Assembly: GCA_012295275.1 (NCBI GenBank)
Contig: CM022667.1
Span: 19,406,001-19,470,000 of the forward strand
DNA from: Chrysomallon squamiferum
Taxonomy: Eukaryota > Animalia > Mollusca
Length of the DNA stretch: 64,000 nt
Direction of reading: 5' to 3'
The notes under the pieces were generated by a model that was given only the letters and a program-made list of their open reading frames with translations, ran no database searches and had not been told where the DNA came from. A program made the translations under genes and the position numbers. The number at the start of each line of letters is the position of its first letter. Positions within the stretch are counted from its first letter, which is position 1. This document shows positions 44,201-57,550 of the stretch, one piece after another.

Positions 44201-47200
44201 GGGTATAAATCTGGTATCTGAACTGATAGAGGAATATGGACTTGATGTAGTACAAGCATACATGGCTCACATCCAGGTAAAAACACACAAATAATGTGTC
44301 ACTCTATATATAACTGTTACTCTATCATTCTGTAATAAGATACAAAGCTATCCTAGTAGAAAGTAATGAATTTGAAATAGATTTTATCGCACGACTGTAC
44401 ATATATTATAATGAATTTTATTCAAACCAAATGTAAAGATTTTTTTTGTCAAATTGACTGAAATGATATCAGAATATTTGTTTATTCGACTTCAGAGCAA
44501 TGCAGAGGTGGCAGTGAGAGACATGCTGCGTGAAATAGCAGATGAGACAAAGTCTAGAACAGGGCGCACAACACTGCATGCTGAAGACTTCCTGGATGAT
44601 GGGTCAAAGATTAACCTTAAAGTGGACATAGATGAAGAAGAAGTTAGTTTTTATTTTCAAATCTTGCAGTTGTTTCTTTATTTTTTCAATAGTTCCTTAT
44701 TAAATTATTATTATCTGTTTTATTGTTTTCATATAAAGAACAGTGTAAATAAAGTATAAAATTACTAAGAAACATTATTAAAATTTTTAAAATTTTAGTT
44801 TTTTTAGTTTTTCATTACAGTGTAGGAGACATATGCTTTCATAATGATGCAGTAAAAAGGAAAGCTTTCTTTATGGGATACTCTATCTGTTACCAGAGAT
44901 TCTCTTCTGAAAGACAGGAGAGGATTTGATGCATCAGTTAGCTATTGTAAATTGACAAGAAAACTCTTACCATAAGATAATTTTTTCAAAATATAAAATA
45001 TTTTATTTACAGGGAAGTGCAGTGTTTGACTTCTCAGGTACTGGATATGAAGTCCATGGTAACTGTAATGCACCTAGGGCAGTTACTCTGTCAGGACTAA
45101 TTTACTGTTTGCGATGTATGATAGGACATAATGTACCTCTGAATCAGGTTGGTGAAGAATTTTAATAAATCCAAATTTTTAAAAATGATTCATTTCATAT
45201 ATGTTACAGTGCTTTTTATTTTTTAAATAAAGACTCTTTTGTTATTTCATACAGTGTTTTTATTTATATTTTCTAAATATTTGAATAAATACTGTATCTG
45301 GGGTTTGAAATATATTTTGTATTAATTAAATAATATAGAGTTTAGACAATCTAATAATTTTAGGGATGTCTGAAGCCAATCAAGCCAATCATTCCTAAAG
45401 GTTCTCTACTTGATCCATCAGAAAATGCTGCTGTCGTAGGAGGAAATGTATTAACATCACAGAGGATTGTTGATGTTGTATTTAAAGCTTTTGGAGCTTG
45501 TGCAGCCTCACAAGTAAGGAGTTGAATTTTTTATTATATTAAAGTATATTTTTAATGTTCTATGTTTGTTAATAAAACAAAAACATTACTTTCTTTAATG
45601 CTATGGTAAGCAGATGTGACTAACTGTTTTATTTTTATTTTAGGATTTAATTATGCTCTCTGTATATATTTGGACTTTATGACAGATAGCTATGACAGAT
45701 TCATTATTTTTGGACTATTCTAGGGTTGCATGAACAACATCACATTTGGTGATTCAGATGTTGGATATTATGAAACTGTGGCTGGTGGAGCAGGAGCAGT
45801 GAGTGTACTTCTTACTTGTTCCAATACATTTATAATATTAATAACTTTTTATTTTATAGAAATAATCCTTCACTACCGGTTTATTACAGTCGTATTATAT
45901 TTATTTATTTATTTATTTATTTTTTATTTTATTTTATTTTTTTTTTATGCCAGAATTATTTTTTTTAAAACAATAATTATTAATACTAAGTGAATTTATG
46001 TTATTTCATTATTGTTTCAATATTATGAAACAGTAAAATTATTATTATTATTAATTTTTTTTTAAATGAGGACAATTAGTGTTTTATGTTTTGCAATTAT
46101 TATTTGCTTGAACATCATTTTTATCAATAATTATTAAAGTTGTTATTAAGATAAACTGTATTAGTTTTCACTGTTGTCAGGGCCCAACATGGCATGGTAG
46201 AAGTGGAGTTCACACCCACATGACAAACACAAGAATCACAGATCCTGAGATTGTAGAGAGGAGGTATGCTTTATGTCTTTACTACATCTTTTCTGTAACA
46301 GAATATTCAGATTATTTATTTCATAATGTTTCATTTTAAGAAGGTAAACATGTGGTGAGGTCTTTTAATAGTGCATCTTTTTCATTTTATGTTAAAAAAT
46401 AATAATAATAAAATGGTATTTTCTCTTTAAGGATTGTTTAGAAAATATTTAAAGATATAAAAACTAAAAATTTCAGGACATGAAGTTGTGTCAGTATTAC
46501 AGTATAAACTACATTAATTGTCTGTTTTGACTGGTTTCAGTTTCTGTTTTAAATTTACATTATTTTTGAAGAAAACTGAAAAGAGAATTTGAGTAGCCTG
46601 GACTTATCTAAGAGAACAAACTTTAAAAGAAATTCTGGGAGTTCATATCTTCTTTGCAGGCTTTAACAACTGACTCATAATTTTTTTATAATGGTTATAA
46701 ACTTGTTTATTTACTTTATCCAATTTAGTAGTTTCATTCTAGATGTAACATGAAAAAAAGATTCTCTCATTTATAATTTCTTCTAATGTTATTTATTGTG
46801 ACAGGTATCCAGTGATTGTTAAGAAATTTCATCTGAACCCAGGCACAGGGGGAAAAGGCAGATACAGAGGTGGTGATGGGGTTGTCAGAGAACTGCTTTT
46901 CAGAAAGAATCTTACTCTGTCAGTACTCACTGAAAGAAGAGTGTTTGCACCATATGGGATGAATGGTAAGTAATAGGTAGTTAGTTATAAACTAGATATC
47001 AGGAGATGGTTGAATAGATTGATTGACATGCACACAGTTTCACACATAGCCTCACACACAAATACACATTTGCACTCATATTAAAGTATTTCTTTTCAGT
47101 AGCATTTATATTAAAAATGTATACTGCTACTGTAATATGTCAGATATATTTAACATATTTTACATTTCTGATTTCAACCTAAAACTCAAAAAACAGTAAA

Positions 47201-47923
47201 CTCAGATTTTTCTTTTGTTTCTTATAATGATGAAGCAAGATAAATAAATAATTAAATACAGATAGCAGCATTATTGTATTTATTAAATTTATTAATATTA
47301 ACAGTAAGTTTTATAGAATTTGTATTTTCCTTTGTGCATTCATAGTTAATTCATTAAAACCATAGTCGTTGTACTTGAAATATTATTGTAATATTGTATA
47401 ATATATAATTTAAAAAAAAAAACAACAATGATCTCTATATAATGTTTATTCACTCTTATTGACAGGTGGCAGTCCTGGAAAAGTGGGCAGAAACCTGCTG
47501 TTTCTCAAAGACGGTCGAATAATTAATCTTGGAGCAAAAACTTCAGTGAATGTTGGACCAGGGGTAAGTGTTAAATAAAATAATTACAGACTAATTATTT
47601 ATAATGCCTTATACCAGTACTTAACCACTGAGTTGTAGAAGACAAAACTCAATTATATATATATATATATATAAATAAAATAAAAATAAATATATATATA
47701 TACAAATATAATGTTCTGCTTACGAGAGAAAATTTAAAATACATTGCTAATATATTGTGTTATTGTTTTATATCAGGATGTATTTCACCTGGAGACCCCA
47801 GGAGGAGGTGGGTATGGCCTGTGCACTGACCGAGAGGATTGTGAACCAGCAACGAAGAAGAAAAAACAACAGATGACAGCTGGCAGTCTTCATGAATACA
47901 AGTTAGCTCAAGAATCTGCATAG
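30168..47923 (+). CDS. OPLAH: 5-oxoprolinase (ATP-hydrolysing), 34 exons; two apparent frameshift lesions
   Basis: Exons 30168-~30336, 31547-31738, 32122-32247, 32785-32891, 33140-33255, 33978-34057, 34453-34505, 34755-34867, 34965-35053, 35183-35300, 35684-35826, 36304-36432, 36752-36864, 37291-37379, 38331-38412, 38918-39054 (GC donor), 39382-39520, 40044-40156, 40452-40515, 41536-41636, 42036-42072, 42322-42432, 42534-42635, 43176-43350, 43757-43866, 44202-44276, 44496-44642, 45013-45147, 45364-45513, 45724-45798, 46181-46263, 46805-46965, 47466-47563, 47777-47923. Motifs [64 protein letters not shown]. Confidence 0.95.
31443..31533. repeat. (TTA)n microsatellite abutting the OPLAH exon 2 acceptor
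   Basis: Seen directly; source of the spurious poly-Leu ORF. Confidence 0.95.
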
Positions 47924-50900
47924 TCAGAATTACCTGTTCTGTGAGTGCTGCGTTTTCACAAAAAAGTAAGGGCAGTGTATGTAGTGAGAACAGTACATAT
48001 GTTTAGAAATAGTGCATATGTTTAAAAATAACCAGAATAATGGATATATTCAAAAATAGAATAGTAGTAAAAATAGAACAGTAAAAATAGTATAATGTAT
48101 GTGTTAAGAAGATATTAGCAGAAATAGTCATCATAATGTATGTGAATAGAGACAGAAGATGTTTAACATTGGAATGGTAAACATGCATGTATATGGAAAT
48201 AATATAAAATGTATAGAATAAAATAGCATAATGAATGTTTATACTAGAAATAACAATCTTCAGAATAAAAACTTAAAGATATAGATTATTAAGATAAAAA
48301 TATTTATCCAAAAGATTTTTCAGATTATCTCTTAAATGATAAGTTGTGTGATAATCAGAAAGTTTTATTATATTCAGAAATTGTTTATTGACAGAGATTA
48401 TTTAAGCATGTAAATCATGATTCATAATTATAACCAGAAATTGTTAATTAATTTATACAAGAATGTTAGTTTTGGGATGTATTTTTTACTTCAGCAGTTT
48501 AATTCTATATCTTTTATATATATATAGTTGGAATATACCATTTTAGATATATACTTTTATTTCTAATAATGAAATTTATAGTTTAATGTTAGTTTAATTG
48601 TTACAAGTTATAAAAATTAATTGATCTTCCTGAAGGGTGAACTAAAGAAGATCTGATGGTATGGAGCTTTTTGAATTTTTGTTTTATTTTTTGAAAAATA
48701 TTTTTTTAGATGTAGTACTCTTTTCTGCTACATTATGATCTCCACTGAGTGTGTTTAGCCCAGTGGTTATCTGCTCAGCATTTCCTCTTTACTATACCCA
48801 TGTGATTAATTTCCAATCCAGCACTTGTTTATTAAAGTATACATTAAGTGTTTTCTTAGGAGTGGAAGGTTCATGTAAAATAGCTCTTGTTGTTAATCAT
48901 TAGAATTTAGACAAGAACCAAGGTCTTTCTCTTTTAAATCATCTTTACACCAGAAATAAATAATCTAAATAATTTTAATTTTATAATGTGTTGATGTGTT
49001 ATTAAACATCCAGTCTTTCAAGCTTTAATGATTTACTTTTTGAATAGTGTGCTTAATATGGAAATTCCCACTAAGAACTGAATGATGTTATTATCCTAGG
49101 TCCAAATCTCAGGTTTAATATTTACATCACTACAAGTCTGAAATAGTTGAGTTAATGTTGCCTCTAATAGTGATAGATATCTATCTCCACTACATTTCTT
49201 ATGATTAACCTGGTATTTCAATAGAACAATCTGAATTATTAATATATACACTTGTATTTCAGTCATTTTTTGATATTTCAACTTTATTTGTGTTTTTCAG
49301 TTACTAACATACATATGCCGATACACCACTCCTCATTTTAAAATTTACTATTTTTTGAATCATCCATATCATGAAATATCCAAAATGAAGTGGATATCTT
49401 ATATAAAGGAAATGACGTGTAGACTGTATTTAGATTGTGTTTGACATTTTAAGCAATACATCTATTAGTAAGAAAGTAATATTTAATTATATTCCATTTA
49501 TATTCAGCACTTGTTTTTTTTTTTACAAATAAAAGTGGTGTTGGCAAATTAAGTGTTGTTTTTTAAAACATGCTGGGTTTTTCATATTAGACATCTCACA
49601 TTGCTAAAACATATGTACATACAATATTTGTTGTTACTATTTTTTATCCTTGTTATTATTATATCAAAAATCTAAATATTTAATGTCCAAATTAATTCAA
49701 CATATATTAGGAATATAATAAAAAAAACAATAAATAAAATATGTAATTCTTTTATTTAATCAAACAAAATATTTAATTTTCAGCAAAACTTGTTTTCCTG
49801 ATACATTTTATTGTGATATTTTAATTGTAGACTTAACTAAATATATAATAAAGTTTATTCTAAAAACATTCTGTGTGTGTGTGTAATAATATAATTGATA
49901 ATATATTCATATAATATATTCATACACTACTGAAATTTGGAATCAACTTTTTACTGTCAAAAATAAATATAAAAAGTACATGCACTTTTTGATAATAATC
50001 AAATGTTTAACTAATTATGTTCTATGATAATAACTATCCTGAAACAGTTTTACCGTTTATGAACATTCTGATAAAATTGGTACACAAAAGTAAATGGAAT
50101 GATTTTTAGTTGGTAAATTTCCTGTTTATATCTGCTGCCATCAAAAAAAGAAAAAGAAATGTATGAGTCAAACATGGCTAGAACTTAAAATTTAACTTGG
50201 AAATATAACTTATGTAATATATTGACATAATGCTTCTAACTTAGAATAGCAGTTCACAACAAAATATAACAGCTTCATGAATTACTCCAATCCAAAAACC
50301 AACAACCAACAACCAACAACAACAAAAAGAAAAAAGAAAAGAACAGATAAACAACTATTAAGTAAGCAAATAAAGTGGCAGTCTTTTTTGAAAAATGACT
50401 AATAACTTCAGGCAGATTGCACAAAATGAAATGAAAGCACATTTTAACACAACAAATTAGTTTATAAATATTACTCATTAGCAATATGGCTATTTGTCAC
50501 AGACAGAATGTATAACAAATATGTATAAAACATCAAACAACAAAAAACAGTAATAATAATAATATCAATAACAATATTATTATTAATTATTGAAAATGTA
50601 TTAAAACTAATGTCACTACAGGACAATCAAAACAATTTTTTTTGTTTTGTTTTTTGTTTTTTAAAAGCTGATATAATTAACAAAAAGTGATTTTCATTAC
50701 TTGCAGGCAAAATGTTGTTCCTAAGTAATGCTTTTAGAGGTATTTAATTTTTAGTAAAATAATTAATTAGCACAAATTGTGAATGGATCTAACAAATGTT
50801 TTTCTAAAACATATTGGTGTATCTTATGAGGCAGTATTTTTTTGTCATATAAAGAAGTAAGGAAATACAGGTAAAAAAAAACATGAAACATGAAGAATAT

Positions 50901-51339
50901 GAGACATAAAATGCTGTCTTTGCTAAAATAAAAATATGAGACTAACTAATGCCTATACACATCAACAATTTTCTAGTCAAAACTTAATCTTAAATATAAA
51001 AGACATTAATTAAGTAACATTACAAAACCTTTTTTAATATAACATTAATTAAAACCATCAAAAGGTCAGTATATGTGATAATATAAAATTATAATAACCC
51101 CTAAACAAGATCCAATGAACCCTCTAAAAAAATAGAGAAAATAAAATATTTTAATTTGCAGTATTTGTAAGTCCTGTAAACATGCAACACAAAAAAGTGG
51201 TGTAAAAAGAAAGGAAATGAGGCAAATATTCCCACTACTTCAGTGAATTGTTTTAATTTTACATCCCAGGCATCATGAAGTAAAAATGATCATCTTTATA
51301 AAACATTACCACAGCTTGTTGAGTCCACAATTCTTCATG

Positions 51340-51420
51340 TCTTTTGGGAGGGTGCATATACAAGCACTGTTGCTGCTTGCAAATAAGAATAGTCTGTGGG
51401 AACATGATAGAGGGTTTGTT
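51340..51420 (-). mobile_element. Degenerate dispersed repeat fragment (same family as ~29000)
   Basis: Weak similarity to 28990-29065 in the opposite orientation. Confidence 0.35.
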
Positions 51421-51658
51421 CATTGTTTTATGTAAAACAGCAGCCCACAGAAAAATAAGCTAAGATGTCATTAAACATTCATTTAAATTTTTTTTTTTAA
51501 ATGTGCTGTATCTCTTCAAAGTATAATAAAAATAAAAAAAAAAAAAAAATAATAATAATAATAATAATATATATATATATATTCTCAATCATAGTCATAT
51601 ATATAATGATGAATATAGTAAAACACTAAAATAAAATTTTAAAAATAAAACATCCTTG

Positions 51659-54600
51659 TCACACATGTAAATGTGACTGTGAGGCAGGCTCCAGTTCCAC
51701 TTCAACACCATGAGCGTTGTGATCACCAGCATGTCTAGACAAGACAGCCGCTATTTTCTCCTGCATGCTGAAACCCATTAAATCTTTCCTTGTGATAAAA
51801 CCTACAACTCGATTCATCGAGTCAACCACTGTGAGATGCCGAAGTCCCAGGGTTCGAAACACAATGTAGGTTCGTTGTAAAGAAAACTTTTCCTGAACTG
51901 CTAAAGCTGATTGATTGGTGTAAGGATCCTAGAACAAATTACATGTAACTTTTAAATTAAAAAGTTTCAGAAGAATTGTTTGATGAATTTAATATATGTA
52001 TATTTAAAGATTTCTTTTGATTTTAGTTTGATTACTGGATAGAGTATACTTTAAGTGAATAATATATTCAATTTTCAATATTTGCAGCTGACTTATTGCT
52101 TTAAAATAACATTGTGTATCAACCTTTACTGACTTAATAAAATACTGCCCTTCATGAATAGATTGAGAGGATACATTATTAATATAAAGCCATTTGTATT
52201 TAGATTAAGAACATTATCATATTAAAATATAGTTGTATGGACCAAGATTTACCACACTGAAATACAGCTGTTTGCACTGATCAATTACTTACCATACTAA
52301 AATACAGCTGTATGTAATCTATGTTCAGTTATTTACCATTTTAAAATCCAGCTATTTATACCTATCTTCAGTCTTTTAGCATATTAAAGTACTACTGCTT
52401 TTACCTATGTTCAGTTACTTACAATATTAAAATACAGGTCTTTGTACTTTGGTTCATTTCTGTATTTCTCCAAAGTGGTTGTCACTTCAATTGGATTCTT
52501 TAGTTTATCAATCACCATCTTGAAGAAAAAAGTTAAAAAGTGTCATTTAACACATCTTTTTTAAATTGTCATAATTTTTAACTAAGGCAGTTCTGTCACA
52601 TTACTGTGTTACTTTGTTATTAGCAAATTAAAAAATAAAATCAAACACTTAAAATTATACAAAATGGACTTAAGAGTATTTGTTCAGTAGGTACATTTTA
52701 ATAAGTAAATACGAATGACTTAGAAATCTACAAAATCTATATGCTAAGCTAATTCTTATTGCAACATATTTATACTCTGATGTAAATACTATAGAATTAT
52801 TACATCTTCATATTCTATCCATGATGGTTCTGGGGCTGATTCTAGAGACTCCTCTGAAATTTCCTGCTGAAACAAATCTTCATTCATCAGAAGTACAGCC
52901 AACTCCAGCCTAAAGTATTAAAACACTACATTAAAATGAAGTAAAAAAAGCCAAATTGAAAATAGTAAAATAAACAGTAAAATGTTTAAAAAATTATGAT
53001 TAATCAGAAATAACAGTAAAATCTTAACTCATAAATAGTAAAATATATGTGGGTAATTTATATATATATAAACACACACACATAGAGACACAGACATAAC
53101 ACACACACACACATAAAAATAAACACTCAAAAAAAAAAAAAAAAAAAAAATAATAATAATAATAATTCCTCTAAAATAATTGTAAAAGAATAAATTTCAC
53201 ATAAAATATTTAAAAAAACAACAACATCAAAATGTAACAATTGTAAAATATATTCCAAAACACTTTACCTGGTAATTAAACCATAGAAAACCTCCTCTCC
53301 GTTTCTGTCCTTCTTGACCACCGGGAAACCACCGTGCACTGTGGACAGCAACACATCAGCCAGGACAGACACTTGGGACACTCGGTGGACGGTCACTACA
53401 GGGAGGACATCACGTCTTTGGCTGCAAACAGTTCAAGCTGGATGCTGAAACAGATGAAAACTGTCAACATGTTGTGTGTGTGTGTGTGTTTGTATATCTA
53501 TGTTCATCAGTGCAAGGGTTTATAGGGACAGGTTATAGTGTATGTTCAAATGTGAGGTGTATTACAGACACAGATATTTACATATTAAAACAAAGGTAGA
53601 TTGGCTGAAATTTTTAACGACAACATTAACATAACACAATATCAAATTCAAACAGATTTATCTACCTTTCTAAGACAAACTATAAATTCAAACAGATTTA
53701 ATATCTAAGACGAAATATAAATTCAAACAGATTTATCTACCTTTCTAAGACAAAACGAAATATAAATTCAAACAGATTTATCTACCTTTCTAAGAGGAAA
53801 TATAAATTCAAACAGATTTATCTACCTTTCTAAGACAAAACATATCTGTTCTTTTTACACTGTTTATTCAGTTGTGAATACAAATTCAATAATGTTCATT
53901 TACATCATCTGTTACATCACCAGTTTTTATTACAGATATTTTAGATGAAAATACCTTTTTTTGTCAATCGTGACTCTAGGTTCACATTCCAGAAATGGAA
54001 TACACTTCAGTTCAAGATGCGCATGGAAAATTGGATGAGTGAAAAAATCTCCAACCCATTTTGAAACCATGACAGCAACCATCACTGGCAGTAACACTTG
54101 AATATCATTAGTGAGCTCCATCTACAGGCAAAAAAATACAAAGCAAACATTTGTAAAAATGAAAAAAAATAATTTAAATATTTGATATTACATTCAGTTA
54201 GAAGAGAAAAACAAAATGAAGTACATTTTAATAAACATCAGCACACATACCATTATGACAGTGACAGCCATTGTTAGTCTGGAAACTCCTCCAAAGAAAG
54301 AAGCAGCACCAATGAGAGCAAAAGCTCCAGGATCCATCCAACCCCAGAAGCTGTCTGGCTCAGTGTGCACACCGAATGCTGTCACCATCACCAAGCCGAT
54401 TATTCTACCGTACAGAGCCCCAATGAGTCTGAAAGTTAATTTTATTATTTTATATATAATGTGAAACTTAATTAAAGATATGTAAAATGATTTGATGAAT
54501 CAATCAATGAAAATAGTAATAATAACAATGAAGTATTATTTACAACAGTAATAACAATAACAATAAAAAAAATAACCATCTAATAACAGCAATCATAATG

Positions 54601-57484
54601 AAAAATAATAACAATAAAAACAACTTCAATAATAATGTAAAAATAAAAACATTAACAACAAACAACAACAACAACAACAACAATAATAATAATAGCAACA
54701 GGAAAAAATATTCCATTTAATTATGAACATCATCAAAAATAAAATAGACGATGCATTATCAAATATCACAGAGGAACAGTTTGTTGATTCCAAACATTAC
54801 TGAAAACCCCAAAACAAATGTTCTGATGATACTCACAACATTGGAACCAGCATCCCACAAGAGATGGATGTTCCTGACGACCAGCATACAGCAAGGAAGA
54901 AGTAAGGAAATGCAGTGAACAGAGTGGAGAAGCCAAACTGGAGGTGAGTGTCCCGGGAAAACAAGTGTTTTACCGACGTCTCCAGAGTCCCAAACAGCAG
55001 AGATGCAACTGAAACGAAGAATGTAGACTGCTACTGAAATACTTAGACTGGTACTGAAACATTTAGACTGTCTGGTACTGAAATATTTAGACTGGTACTG
55101 GAATATTTAGACTGCTACTGAAACATTTAGACTGCTACTGAAATATTTAGACTGCTACTGAAACATTTAGACTGGTACTGAAATATTTAGACTGGTACTG
55201 GAATATTTAGACTGCTACTGAAACATTTAGACTGCTACTGAAATATTTAGACTGCTACTGAAACATTTAGACTGCTACTAAAGTATTTAGACTGCTACTG
55301 AAACATTTAGACTGCTACTGAAACATTTAGACTGCTACTGAAGTATTTAGACTGCTACTGAAACATTTAGACCAGTACTGAAATATTTAGACTGCTACTG
55401 AAACATTTAGACTGGTACTGAAACATTTAGACTGCTACTGAAATATTTAGACTTAGACTGGTACTGGAATATTTAGACTGGCTGAAATACTTAGACTGGT
55501 ACTGAAATATTTAGACTGCTACTGAAACATTTAGACTGCTACTAAAATATTTAGACTGCTACTGAAACATTTAGACTGCTACTGAAACATTTAGACTGCT
55601 ACTGAAGTATTTAGACTGGTACTGAAATATTTAGACTGGCACTGAAATATTTAGACTGCTATTAAAATATTTAGACTGCAACTGAAATATTTAGACTGCT
55701 GCTTAAATATTTAGACTGGCACTGAAATATTTAGACTGCTATTAAAATATTTAGACTGCTACTGAAATATTTAGACTGCTACTGAAATATTTAGACTGGT
55801 ACTTAAATATTTAGACCGGCACTGAAATATTTAGACTGCTATTAAAATATTTAGACTGCTACTGAAATATTTAGACTGGTACTTAAATATTTAGACCGGC
55901 ACTGAAATATTTAGACTGCTATTAAAATATTTAGACTGCTACTGAAATATTTAGACTGGTACTGAAATATTTACCAGGGACAGTCTGGATATAAGGATTT
56001 GTCAGGCTAAATCGTTACTCCAAAATATAAAATAAGCAATGAAAAAATAAATAAAGGAAACTATTTTATAGATACACTTCTAAAGCAGGATCTGTTTAAT
56101 TTTTATTAATTGGTTAGCAAGTTGTGTTTCTACTAGACATGATAATAAATGAAAATGAGAGCAGTCTGAAACAAATAACTTACTGCAAGATTATAAATGT
56201 CACATGCTTGTGCTTGTGTCTGTACTTGTGTGTGTGTGTGTGTGTATATGTGTGTGTGTGAGTGTGTGCATGCGTGCGTGCATATATCATTCCCACTTCA
56301 TAACTACAATAAGTTTCCGATGCAGTCGTCTACCTCACTACAGCTCAGTTAGGCTGTCCACCATTAAAACTGTTTGTTGTTGTTTAAAGTGTTAAAAACG
56401 TACGTTCGTTGTATGTTCCGTTGGTGTGAGTTGTTTGGTTTACTCTCCACACTTCCCCTGACTCACACGTGTATTTCATCACAGCAGGCTCAACATGCAG
56501 AGGGTTTCTGCTGTCATTGAAACAGTTTTTACTGAAAAATTAATATTCAAAAATTTTTAAAAATAAAATTAAAAAAAGCACACGAAAATAGCAATGATGA
56601 TAATTTTATCTGTGGTTACTGCATCTAAGCAATCATTTCACTTTATTTAAAAAAAAAAAAAAAATTAAAACTAATAATAATGAAAATGACTAAGTTTTTA
56701 ATAAAAAATTTTTACTTGATTGGACAATTTGTTGTATGAATATAAAAAATAAATTTAGATTGGTCAGTTTTTAAATAGTGTTTACCTGACTGGTCCAGTT
56801 TTACCTTCAATACACATGTACTCAGTACAAGGAAATGCAGCTGGCATGAAGAGTACAAAGGTGGATACTAAAACCTGTCAGTGAAAATACATCAGTTTTA
56901 TCTTAATATTTTACAGCCATTACTGTTTAAATTTGTACTTTACAAATGTAACTATTTTAATTTATTATCACACAAATAATTAGTCATACAAAAGAAAATA
57001 AGAAGTCAAAACACGTATAGTAATAAAAGAAATAAAATCACATGGTAGAAAATACATATAAAACCAAACCTATGACCATATCCTAACACACATAAAACAC
57101 AAACCTATGGCACATACACACACACACACACACACACAGACACACATGGCTCATGACTGCACAATGATTAAAACAAAAATAATTTAAAAAAAAATCTCTT
57201 ATAAAATAAAATGAAAGAAGAAAAGGCTAAAGTGTTACCATTATGATTGCAGGTTCTGCCATACGAAAAGTTTTCTGAATCCACGGCCGACCAATTCGTG
57301 ACATCAGGCGTTTTCGACTGCGAGCTATTTTCAGACTTATGATAGTGAAGAGTGCTCCAGTTATTCCCCCTATCAGTCCTATGACAACGGTTGGAATAAA
57401 CATGAGAATGTTGACATCCACACCCTTGTTTATCTGCAAAGGAATAATAATATAAACATACACAAATATTTACACATTCATTCT

Positions 57485-57550
<66 letters not shown>

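Noticed and set aside
47924-51658. Hidden gene between the OPLAH and CLC 3' ends
   Set aside because: Only short AT-rich ORFs with no coherent exon chain; consistent with convergent 3' UTRs and spacer.
55024-55973. CRISPR-like array
   Set aside because: Units are head-to-tail with no unique spacers, there are no cas genes, and it lies in a eukaryotic intron; it is a minisatellite.
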